Shown here piece after piece: positions 14,101 through 26,100 of a stretch of DNA of 64,000 nt. Numbering within the stretch: position 1 is the first letter of the stretch; each line of letters starts with the position of its first letter. Source of the DNA: Balanoglossus misakiensis (lineage: Eukaryota > Animalia > Hemichordata); NCBI GenBank assembly GCA_040954595.2, contig CM082590.2, positions 6,014,001 to 6,078,000 of the forward strand, written 5' to 3'. Both the position numbers and the translations under genes were made by a program. The notes beneath the pieces are model-generated. The model had not been told where the DNA came from, searched no databases, and saw only the letters and a list, made by a program, of their open reading frames with translations.

Positions 14101-17100
14101 CACGCCTAACTGTTTATCTGTTCACAAATGCTCAATATAAGCCTATAATAAGTTTCGTGATGTTGGCTAAACAGCCGTGAAAACTTGCCATAACACGGTC
14201 GGTCGATGTCTTGAAAAATTATTCTGTATTTTGCATAAAGGCAAGGAAAAATTTCAGGGGGATTAAACCTGACAGTTTATTTCTCTGTATTTGTACGAAG
14301 ACATGAAATCATCTAGTGTAGGCGTTTCCGGGTAAAGTTTATTATTACTGTAAAGGGCGTATTACACAAATGGGCGTCCAGCGTAGATTTTTGGAAAGCA
14401 AAACACGTTCCGGATCTTCCGTTGCACGAGCAAAGTGGAATTAAATTTCTGAAAATGAAACTTTTTCGGAGTTGGATCTTCAGTAGCTGTGGAAATGCAG
14501 CTGTTCCACCGGGGGGGGGGGGGGGTGGATATACTAATTCCCCGCATCCCCCCCCCCTCCCGGCAGAACAGCTGCGTTTCCACAGCTATGTATTCAGTTG
14601 ATAAGTCCAGATTGCTGGCAGTTGGGAAGCCCTACAAGTTCAACAGTACGATTGCAATGTTCCTGTTAGAATTTGGCTTGCCTTTGCCCCATATTACCGA
14701 AGTCACACGTTATTTTATTTTATATACCTTCCCACCAAATGTTGCCGAAGTTGATGACTGTGTAGGTAATAGTGAAAATCCCACTGTCACCGCGTTTCAT
14801 GAGATATAATTTGTTTCCTGATGCGCGCCTGTCACTTACATACTCCAAAGATATTTGTCAAAACCCTGAAACAAACTTTCTGGTTGGCAGCCATAAAGCC
14901 AATGCAAACTTGACATTCAGATGTGTATGAGTATACATGTACATACGGTCATAACTCTGGCTTCGCTGGAGCATTTGCTGCTTTCAGTTCATGCCAAGTG
15001 CTGAGTTCTGTGTTGGGTTGTGTCGTATGTTTGTGTGTACCGATGCATTAATTAGATGACTTTGGTTGCGCTAAAGGTTCAGAGCCAGCAGATACAGTTT
15101 TCAACACATTACACACTCGGTGCGTTGCATCCGTCATTGGAGCGTGCAAGAGTCCATCCAGACAGCTGAACGCTGTTCCCTTCACCCCTTGCATGATATT
15201 TCTGGACAGCTTCTGCATCGCTTTTTGTCTCAAGTCGGCCATCTTTGCCCATGGTATTTCTCCAGACCCTCTTTCTGGAGTGCCCAACGGAAGAAGCAGA
15301 GGGCTCTGGGTAACCGAGACTACTTGCCTGACAGACCTCGCTATCCGTCGACGTCGCGGCCAGGCACACGAAGTGCGCCACAAGCGGCGAGGCCGTCTTC
15401 GACGCTCAATTCTCCCGACCTCGCTGCTCGCGGCACACTTCGTATGGCTATGCCGTCAAATGACTGAGAGAGAGGTCTGGCTGGCGAGACTAAAAAAAGT
15501 TGTCTGGCTGAAGTCCACCATAATCATTTGAATGTCAATAGTGGTTCTGCATATTTCTTACCTTTCATTCATAATTGGCGTTCTTTGATTGGCTAATTCC
15601 AATGCTCTTTTAAAGGGTAATGAAACTGCTGTCTAGGCTTTTATAATATTTAGATCATTGTCAGTTAGAGGTATTGTACAGAGGATATCTTTAAATGAAA
15701 ACAACACACGCACGTATCATAAATCTCAAGTAAAAGAATACCTGTGATGTTAATGTACCCTCAAAGGACACTGCCCTATCACCACATCATGCATTCATGT
15801 CCATTATGTGGATGACTGGGATGTATCCTACTATTATTTTATCCCCCCCCCCCGCCCCAAAAAAGTTTCGGCAAAACATGTTGTACCATCTCAAAAATTA
15901 ATGTTTCAGAATGTGTGTAACAGTGCATGCTTAATGAAACATTGCGTGCTCCATTTGAAGGTTATAGTCAGGGATTTTCAGTGACACCTTTTTGTTGTAT
16001 TCCCACAGACTGGATGGGTACCGTTACACCTTGCAGCATGGAAAGGCCATGGTGACGTGGTGAAACTTCTACTGCAATCCAATGCCAGCATCGATGTGCA
16101 GAACAACGTAAGTTACTGTAATCACACCAATTCTATTGTACACTCACACATCAGTGGACACTTTTTATTATCAATAACATACATTTTTGAAATTAGGTCA
16201 ATATAAAAATAGTTGACGACTATCCCTCTGCCATGTTCCCAACGACTCAGACTTTACAACCTTGTTTAATTATGGATTGTTTAAACATTTAATATTTCAA
16301 TGTCACGATTTAAAAAAAAAGAAATCAATCATTTAGAGCAGTAAGTGTTGTTGTTTTTGTTGAATGTGAGATTAAGTTCAGCAGATTTATATGTAAATAT
16401 TAGTGTGTATCTTAATATAGGACCAATAAACGAGAACTCCTCTTACTGATAACAGCATGAAGGAAATCCTCTATTCCAGTAATGATCAATAAATATATAG
16501 CCTGCCACCCCACATTAAATTATACAAACTGGTTATAAAACTTCAAACGGAAGCTCTCGTCACGCTGTGCTTGTGTGAATTGTTTGTTGGAAAAAAATTG
16601 CCCACAAATCCCTGAAATAAGATTTTTAGAATGAACGCGCAGCCCACTGTAGCGTAGACTGAGCATGACAGCGACTGAAGATCCTAGTAGGTCGTGGCGA
16701 CTGCAGTGGGGTTTGTGCTGGTATAGGAGGATATATTCTCATCAAGGGGGGACACCCACGCAGCGCGACGACCCCTTCCCTTTAGCGTAGACTGGACATG
16801 ACAGCAACTGAAGATCCTAGTAGGTCGTGGCGACTGCAGTGGGGATTGCACTGGTATAGAAGGAATAGAAGGACGTGTATCATCCATGCAGACCGCTCGA
16901 TGCAACGACCACTCAAGCTAGAGAAGCCCGCCTTGCTAATACTCAAATCTGCGTTAACCCGGCCCGCATTGCATTGAGCTTGGCACGTCGGTTAGATTCC
17001 GCTGATAAACATTATCACACTGTTGTCCGATTCCAATTATTTTAGTCAGTCAGCTTGTTGTAGAGATGACTGCAACAGGTGGTACAGGCGCTTGAATCGC

Positions 17101-20100
17101 GCCATTGATGACACGAGTATATCGACTAGGCCCTATACATGTATAGTGTGACCTACGCCTAACTGTTTATCTGTTCACAAATGCTCATATAAGCCTATAA
17201 TCTAAGTTTCGCGATGTTGGCTAAAAAGCCGTGGACACTTGCCATAACACGGTCGGTCGATGTCTTGAAAAATTATTCTGTACTTTGCATTGAGGCAAGG
17301 AAAAATTTCAGGGGGATTAAACCTGACAGTTTATTTCTCTGTGTTTGTACGAAGACATGAAATCGTCTAGTGTAGGCGTTTCTTGGTAAAGTTTATTGTT
17401 ACCGTAAAGGGCGTATTACGCAAATGGGCGTCCAGCGTAGATTTTTGGAAAGCAAAACTCGTTCCGAATCTTCCGTTGCACAAGGAAAGTGGAATTAAAT
17501 TTCTGAAAATCCAACTTTTTCGGAGTTGGATCTTCAGTAGCTGTGGAAATGCAGCTGTTCCACCGGGGGGAGGGAATACTAATTTCCGCATCTCCCCCCC
17601 CCCCCCGGCGGAACAGCTGCGTTTCCATGTCTTCACTTGATAAGTCCAGATTTCTGGCTGTTGGGAAGCCCTACAAGTTCAACAGTACGATCGCAATGTT
17701 CCTGTCAGAATTTGGCTTGCCTTTGCCACGTGTTGCCGTAGTCATGCCCAACTTTATTTTATTTAAATACCTTCCCACCACATGATGTTGCAATTTATGA
17801 CTGTAGGTAAAATTAAAATCACACCATCCCTGCATTTCATGAGACATAATTAGTTTCCAGATGTGCGCCTGTCACTTGCCTACTCCATAGATATTTGTCA
17901 AAACCCTGAAACAAACTTTCTGGTTGGCAGCCATAAAGCCAATGCAAACTTGACATTCAGATGTGTATGAGTCTACATGTACATTACGGTCATAACTCTG
18001 GCTTCGCTGGAGCATTTGCTGCTTTCAGTTCATGCCGAGTGCTGAGTTCTGTGTTGGGTTGTGTCGTATGTTTGTGTGTACCGATGCATTAATTACTTAG
18101 ATGACTTTGGTTGGGCTAAATGTTCAGAGCCAGCAGATACAGTTTTCAACACATGACACACTCGGTGCATTGCATCCGTCATTTGAGCGTGCAAGAGTCC
18201 ATCGAGATGGCTGAATGCTGTTCCCTCCACCCCTTGCATGATATTTCTGGACCGCTTCTGCATCGCTTTTTGTCTCAAGTCGGCAATCTTTGCCCGGCGA
18301 TTTGTCTATGGTATTTCCCCAGACCCTCTTTCTGGAGTGCCCACTGGAAGAAGCAGAGGGCTCTGGGTAACCGAGACTACTTGCCTGACAGACCTCGCTA
18401 TCCGTCGACGTCGCGGCCAGGCACACGAAGGGCGCCACAAGCGGCGACTTTGTCTCCGATGCTCGATTCTTGTGACTTCACCGCTCGTGGCACACTTCGT
18501 GTGGCTATGCCGTCAAATGACAGAGAGAGAGGTCTGGCTGGCGAGACTAAAAAAAGAGTTGTCTGGCTGAAGTCCACCATAATCATTTGAATGTCAATAG
18601 TGGTTCCGCATATTTTTTACCTTTCATTCATAATTGGCATTCTTTGATTGGCTAATTCCAATGCTCTATTAAGGGGTAATAAAACTGCTCTCTGGGCTTT
18701 TATAATATTTAGATCATTGTCAGTTAGAGGTATTGTACAGAGGGCATCTTCAAATGAAAACAACACACGCGCGTATCGTAAATCTCAAGTAAACGAATAC
18801 CTGTGATGTTAATGTACCCTCAAAGGACACTGCCCTATCACCACATCATGCATTGATGTCCATTACGTGGGGGTCTGGGATGTATCCTACTATTAATTTA
18901 TCCCCCCTCCCCCCCCCAAAAAAAAAAAGTGTCGGCAAAACATGTTGTGCCATTTCACAAATGAATGTTTCTGAGTGTGTGCTACAGTGAATGCTTAATG
19001 AAACATTGTGTGTTCCCTTAGACGGTTATAGTCAGAGATTTTCAGTGACACATTTTTGTTGTATTCCCACAGAGGGGTCAGGCACCGTTACACTTTGCAG
19101 CAGAGTATGGCCATTTTGACGTGGTGAGACTTCTACTGCAATCCAATGCCAGCGTTGATGTGCAGACCAACGTAAGTTACTGTAATCACACTAATTCTAT
19201 TCTACACACACACATCAGTTGACACGGTTTATTATCAATAACACATATTTTTGTACATAGGTAAATACAAATAAATAGTTAACGACTATTCCTCTGCCTT
19301 ATTCCCAACGACCCAGACTTTACAACCTATTTTTAACAATGACTCGTTAATTATGGATTGTTGCAGCATGATTTTAAAAAAGAAATCAATCATTCAGAGC
19401 AAGAAGTAATGTTTGTTTTATTGAATCAGCAAAGAGTGTTGTTTATTGTGTGGAATGTGAGATCAAGATCAGCAGATTTATATTGTTGTAAATATAAATG
19501 TGTATTGTAATATAGGTAAAATAAATGAGAGAACCTTCTACTGATAAAATCATGAAGGAAATCCTCTATTCCAGTTCTGACCAATAAATATATAGCCTGT
19601 CACACCGCATAAAAAAAACTGGTTATAAAACGGAAGCTCTCATCGCGCTGCGCTTGTGTGCATTGTTTGTCGGAAAAAAATTGCCCACAAATCCCTGAAA
19701 TTCTATTTTTAGAATTATTTTTTGAATGAACAAAGCAGCCCACTGTAGCATAGACTGGGCAGGACAGCAACTGAAGATCCTAGTAGGTCGTGGCAACTGC
19801 AGTGGAGTTTGCGCTGGTATAGGAGGACGTGTATCATCCATGCAGAGCGCTCGACGCGACGACCACTCAAGCTAGAGAAGCCAGCCTTGCTAATACTCTA
19901 ATCTGTGTTAACCCGGCCCTGCATTGCATTGAGCTTGGCACGTCAGTGAGATTTCGCTGATAAAACTTATCACACTGTTGTCCGATTCCAAGTATATTTA
20001 GTCAGTCAGCTTGTTGTAGAGATGACTGCAACAGGTGGTACAGGCGCTTGAATCGCGCCATTGTTGACACGAGTATATCGACTGAGCCCTATACATGTAT

Positions 20101-23100
20101 AGTGTGACCTACGCCTAACTGTTTATCTGTTCACAAATGCTCAATATAAGCCTATAATAAGTTTCGCGATGTTGGCTAAAAAGCCGCGGACACTTGCCAT
20201 AACGCGGTCGGTCGATGTCTGGAAAAATTATGTATTTTGCATAAAGGCAAGGAAAAATTTCAGGGGGATTAAACCTGACAGTTTATTTCTCTGTGTTTGT
20301 ACGAAGACATGAAATCATCTAGTGTAGGCGTTTCCGGGTAAAGTTTATTGTTACCGTATAGGGCGTATTACGCAAATGGGCGTCCAGCGTAGATTTTTGG
20401 AAAGCAAAACACGTTCCGGATCTTCCGTTGCACGAGGAAAGTGGAATTAAATTTCTGAAAATCCAACTTTTTCGGATCTTCAGTAGCTGTGAAAAATGCA
20501 GCTGTTCCACCGGGGGGGGATATACTAATTCCCCGCATCTCTCTCTCCCCCTCCCGGCAGAACAGCTGCGTTTCCACAGCTGTATGTCTTCAGTTGATAA
20601 GTCCAGATTGCTAGCTGTTGGGAAGCCCTACAAGTTCAACAGTACGATCGCAATGTTCCTGTTAGAATTTGGCTTGCCTTTGCCCCATATTACCGAAGTC
20701 ACACGTAATTTTATTTTATATACCTTCCCACCAAATGCTGCCGAAGTTGATGACTGTGTAGGTAATAGTGAAAATCCCACTGTCACCGCGTTTCATGAGA
20801 TATAATTTGTTTCCTGATGCGCGCCTGTCACTTGCCTACTCCAAAAATATTTGTCAAAACCCTGAAACAAACTTTCTGTTTGGCAGCCATAAAGCCAATG
20901 CAAACTTGACATTCAGATGTGTATGAGTCTACATGTACATACGGTCATAACTCTGGCTTCGCTGGAGCATTTGCTGCTTTCAGTTCATGCCAAGTGCTGA
21001 GTTCTGTGTTGGGTTGTGTCGTATGTTTGTGTGTACCGATGCATTAATTAGATGACTTTGGTTGCGCTAAAGGTTCAGAGCCAGCAGATACATTTTTCAA
21101 CACACTCGGTGCGTTGCATCCGTCATTTGAGCGTGCAAGAGTCCATCCAGACGGCTGAATGCTGTTCCCTCCACCCCTTGCATGATATTTCTGGACAGCT
21201 TCTGCATCGCTTTTTGTCTCAAGTCGGCCATCTTTGCCTGGAGATTTGTCTATGGTATTTCCCCAGATCCTCTATTTGCAGTGCCCAACGGAAGAAGCAG
21301 AGGGCTCTGGGTAACCGAGACTACTGCAAAACACTTTATTTTCGCGAGCAATAAATTTGAGAAATACGCGAGAGCCAAAATAGCGTGAAAATAAAAAGTC
21401 GCGTAATTTTTTTAAGATAACGATGAAGTGAATGAAATAAAGAGAACGCGAAAAATTAATTCTTGCGAAACAGTGGCCTCTCTCGATATCGCAAAAATTT
21501 TAACTCGCGAAAATAAAATGTTTTGCAGTACTCGCTGGCCAAACCTCGCCACCCGTCGACGTCGCGGCCAGGCACACGAAGGGCGCCACAAGCGGCAACG
21601 TTGTCTCTGAAGCTCGATTTTTGTGACTTCACTGCTCGTGGGGCACTTCGTGTGGCTATGCCGTCGAATGAGAGAGAGAAAGGTCGGGCTGGCGAGACTA
21701 TAAAATAAAATGTCAGGCTAACGTTCACCAAAATCATTTGAATGTCAAAAGTGGTTCCGCATATTTCTTACCTTTCATTCATAATTATCATTCTTTGATT
21801 GGCTAATTCCAATGCATTTTTAAGGGGTAATGAAACTGCTGTCTAAGCTTTTATAATATTTAGATCATTGTCAGTTAGAGGTATTGTACAGAGGATATCT
21901 TCAAATGAAAACAACACACGCGCGTATCATAAATCTCAAGTAAACGAATACCTGTGATGTTAATGTACCCTCAAAGGACACTGCCCTATCACCACATCAT
22001 GCATTCATGTCCATTACGTGGGGGACTGGGATGTATCCTACTATTAATTTATCCCCCACCCCCAAAAAATGTTTTGGCAAAAGATGTGCCATCTCACAAA
22101 TGAATGTTTCAGAATGTCTGTTACAATGCATGCTTAATGAAACATTGCGTGTTCCATTATACACTTATAGTTAGGGATTTTCAGTGACACATTTTTGTTG
22201 TATTCCCACAGTATGGTAAGGCACCCTTACACTGGGCAGCATTTAATGGCCATGGTGACGTGGTGAAACTTCTACTGCAATCCAATGCCAGCATCGATGT
22301 GCAGGATAATGTAAGTTAATGTAATCACACTCATTCTATTTTACACACACACATCAGTTGACACGTTTTATTATCAATATCACACATATTTGAACATAGG
22401 TAAATAAAAATAAATAGTTAAAGTCTATCCCTCTGCCTTATTCCCAGCGACCCAGACTTTACAACCTACATGTATTTAACAATGGCAGCCTGTCTTGTAT
22501 AATTATACAGTGTTTACACATGATTAAAAAACAGAAATCATTCAGAGTAGGAAGTGTTGTTTGTTTTTGTTGAATGTGAGATCAAGATCAGCAGATTTAT
22601 ATTATTGTAAATATAAATGTATATTGTTTAATTAAAGATTGTTTAAACATTTAATATTATAATGTATATAGGGCATATGACAGAACCCCATGGCTCGATC
22701 GTGGAAGCACGGCGTAACGGTAGTATTTGCATCGAGTGTCTGGCGGTGTATTCTTGCGCCCGTCCTCCGCACGAGCGACAGCGAGTGCGGGGGGCAGCAA
22801 GAATACACCGCCAGCACGAGTGCAAATACTACCGTTACGCCGTGCTGGCACGATTGAGACATGGGGTTCTGTTTTTATTACATATGTTCATCCCATTTTG
22901 AAAAAAGACCGAAAATGAAAGAAATGAGACCGCGGAATGATATTGCTTGTTTCGTGAACAGGTCACTTATTTGCATACAGGTATGGCATAATGTTTTTGG
23001 TATTGCACTGAGTGCAAGTACCGATGTTACGCGCGCGCTCGGTGCAAGTAATCGACGGTACATATGTAATAATGTGTATAATCTCATGAAAAAGCAATAG

Positions 23101-26100
23101 TAGAAAAGAGTATTTTAGCAAATCTCAAAGATTTCCTGGGAAGGAACAGATGCGTACAAATGTGCGCACTTTACAAGTTTACGTTCTACGTGTGATACAG
23201 GCAAGTTGTTTTCTTTTCAAAATGCAAAACGGTGACACCCCTTCCGGGCACAAAACTAACTACTCGATCGGGCACTTCTGACACCCTACTCCGAGAGAAC
23301 CCCCCCCCCCCCCCCGGCAGAGAAAAATCAAATCTCTAACAAAACTATCGACAAATCAAGGAAAACGCGGAATTCCAGTGTCTGACCGGAACAGGAAATG
23401 GAGACACTGAACATAGAGAAAACCAAAATGCTTGAAAAACTCGAACGCGTGGAGCGAATGATCACAACGCAACCGTGACCAGATCTCCGGATACGGAGAA
23501 AACATCCGCTCATTACTCCATGCCCGATTTAATAAACATGTCCTCAGACGAGAAGGGCGTCTATCACCTATTTCGCACAGGCAACCTATGGTCACAGTGC
23601 CACCAGGCGGTCGTGATTGTGCAACACATTTGACAAAGGCTGGTACACGTCACAACAAAGTGTTGTAAAAGCGTTCGTACAAAATCTGCAAATATAAATG
23701 CGTCAACCCACAAACCTTCACCATTCAGTTCTGCTTTCTTGCTAAACCTGCTCTTCAATATTAATAAATCTATGTTTACCAGACTTGAACTGCATTTCAC
23801 CAATTAAGAAGATAACCAAAACAGCACAAGAAAAAAATAAGGAGCTTTGAGATGTTATGGCAAGGTTGAGACGGAAAAGGGCTTATTTTTTACAAACCAT
23901 TCCAGAGAAACTGTCACATATTCCAATCCTAACATAGGGAGAATCCCACGTAATCTATGCAATGCAATTCAGTTATTGAGGGTTTCACCCAAGACACCTT
24001 TCATTGGCCTAGAATTTTTGCCATGATTTATGGTTCAGATAAAGTCCGCCCTCACCTCGCACTCAAGCTCGCTGAGCTGGCTCTCATGATTTCTCCCTGT
24101 TGATTTTTCTGAAGATACCACGATAGAAAACTTTAGAAGACCGGAGAAAACATTCTAGACTTGCTATGCTTTTAAAAATTAATGTACGATTTGTAGCGAT
24201 AGATAAAGGCAAGCTTATGAAATGCCCTTATAGATACACAAAACATTTTGTATCAGGTTGCCATGATCAAGACAGACTCAGGAAAAGGTCAACTCCCCCC
24301 TGAAATATCAAAGACTTGATTAATTTAAACTCAGGCGACCTTTACTTCTTAAAATAATTTCGCTCACTCTCATATTCGAGATATTGTGTTTCAGACTTAT
24401 TGGTTGTTCGTTGCCTTTAGTCCCGAAGACGGACACAAATTAGCACCTATGGCATTGTCAATCCAAACATGACCCTACATGTGCATGCAATGCCCGTACA
24501 ATACCCGTCACTCAGGTTTTAAATAAACTCTTTGAAATAATCACGGAGATTAAATTGTTACCCTGAAACTTTGCAAAATACAGTTCGACCGCACTAGTTG
24601 TTCGTTGATCATAATCGTAAAGATAGAAAACAAATAAGACTTGATGAAAACTGCATTACTTCACTTCCAAGTGACTGATGCCAAAGTAAAATTGGCTGTT
24701 GCAGGGCGCCACTAGCGGTGAAGTCAGGTAGAATGGACGTCTGAGTATTATATGTAGTCGCTGAAGTAGATCCCCGACGCGCTTTACACAGTGAAGTGTG
24801 AGGCTATCCGTTACATTTGTTGTATTCTCTCGTATATTAACAGTCGTCAGCCATGTGTTTCCGAAGAGAGTTGAAACATAGTTTCGTTTGATGATTTATT
24901 GTCATTTAGTGGAATCGGTGACCACCGTACACCCCATTTTGCCTGAAATTTGCTTAAAATATGGCGGTCCGGGGGATTTTATAATTGTGGACACAACTGA
25001 CTGTTCCTGTTTAAGTTTCGCCCGTAGGCAAGAATTTTGTGTCATTCCTGAATTTTTCGCGTACATCCGCGAAATTCCAACGTTTATCACCCAGTTTTCG
25101 GTTGATATTATCGGGTACTTCAGGGATTGTTATCTGCCGTGAGAGTTCATAAGATTATTCTGGCTCCCCAACATGCTGGCTGACTTTGTGGAAATTATTC
25201 TTGTTTTGTTTTCATTCAATGGCGGTGAAGTTGTAGACAACATAGCTTTAGACATTCAAACCACGTGTACAGTTTTGGCTAGCGGGGAATGATCCTTATA
25301 TTACAGCTTTAACAAACATAAACCAGACTGTGACAAGAAGCAACATGGCATTACGTTGGTCGCTCTCGTGGCCATGTTACTTGCCAGTGCATTCATGCAC
25401 AGACAATATTTTGCGAGCTTTGGCAAGCGCTAGACTTGTTTACTAGAACATTGCTTATAATTCATAAGCACTGTTTGTTTTTGTGCCTTCTATTCCTACC
25501 TCTTCTATTATAAAATCAAAAGCAATCTCTCGCATGCTTACAGACTTCAAGCTGTCCAGATAAATTCTGTAGGTCTGACAGACAAACAAGAAAAAACAAA
25601 CGATAAACACTGTTATATGTTTTCTTATACTTTAGGATGGCGAAACCCCTTTGGATTTCGCAGTAGAAAAGTTGAAGGTATGTATCTATCAAGTCCAGAC
25701 ATGGTGGTAGTGTTATATCCTTGATCAAAACACTTGGTCAAAGACAGAACATCACCGCAAATCCTTGTAATTGCTTGTAAACGCACATTGAGGACATGGT
25801 GTTTTGTAGGACAGACGTTCTAATGTCGGAGTCAAGCTTCTTCACAGGCTGGGAACTTGAATAGAATTAAATAAGCTCAAAAAGCCTAGTCTGGATAAAA
25901 TTACCGCTGACAGACTACTGCAGGTTTCTATGCAAAACAAACGCAGTCATGTTATAATTTATTATGCATTATGTTGAAGACCTATTGCCTGGCCATGAGG
26001 GCCATAGCGGCCGTTTATTACACCCGAGGGGCTGTGAGTTACCAGAATCACATGCTATTTGCCGAGGGAAATAGCATATGATTCTGGTAACTAACAGTCA

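Larger units (their letters stand above)
14068..22630 (+). repeat. Tandem triplication of a ~3.0-kb intron-exon-intron unit, each copy carrying one ankyrin exon
   Basis: Units start gagtatatcga at ~14068, ~17115 and ~20071; exons are spaced 3064 and 3139 bp; paralogous spurious ORFs recur (15193/18238/21182). Confidence 0.95.

Noticed and set aside
15048-21737. Recurrent 70-156-aa ORFs in the 3-kb units as real genes
   Set aside because: Frames are not preserved between copies (indels, stops, MITE insertion) and they lie in introns
22212-22221. Cryptic donor TATG|gtaagg inside ankyrin cassette C
   Set aside because: It would yield a 4-nt exon; most likely a by-product of the Gly-Lys codons, with no evidence of use
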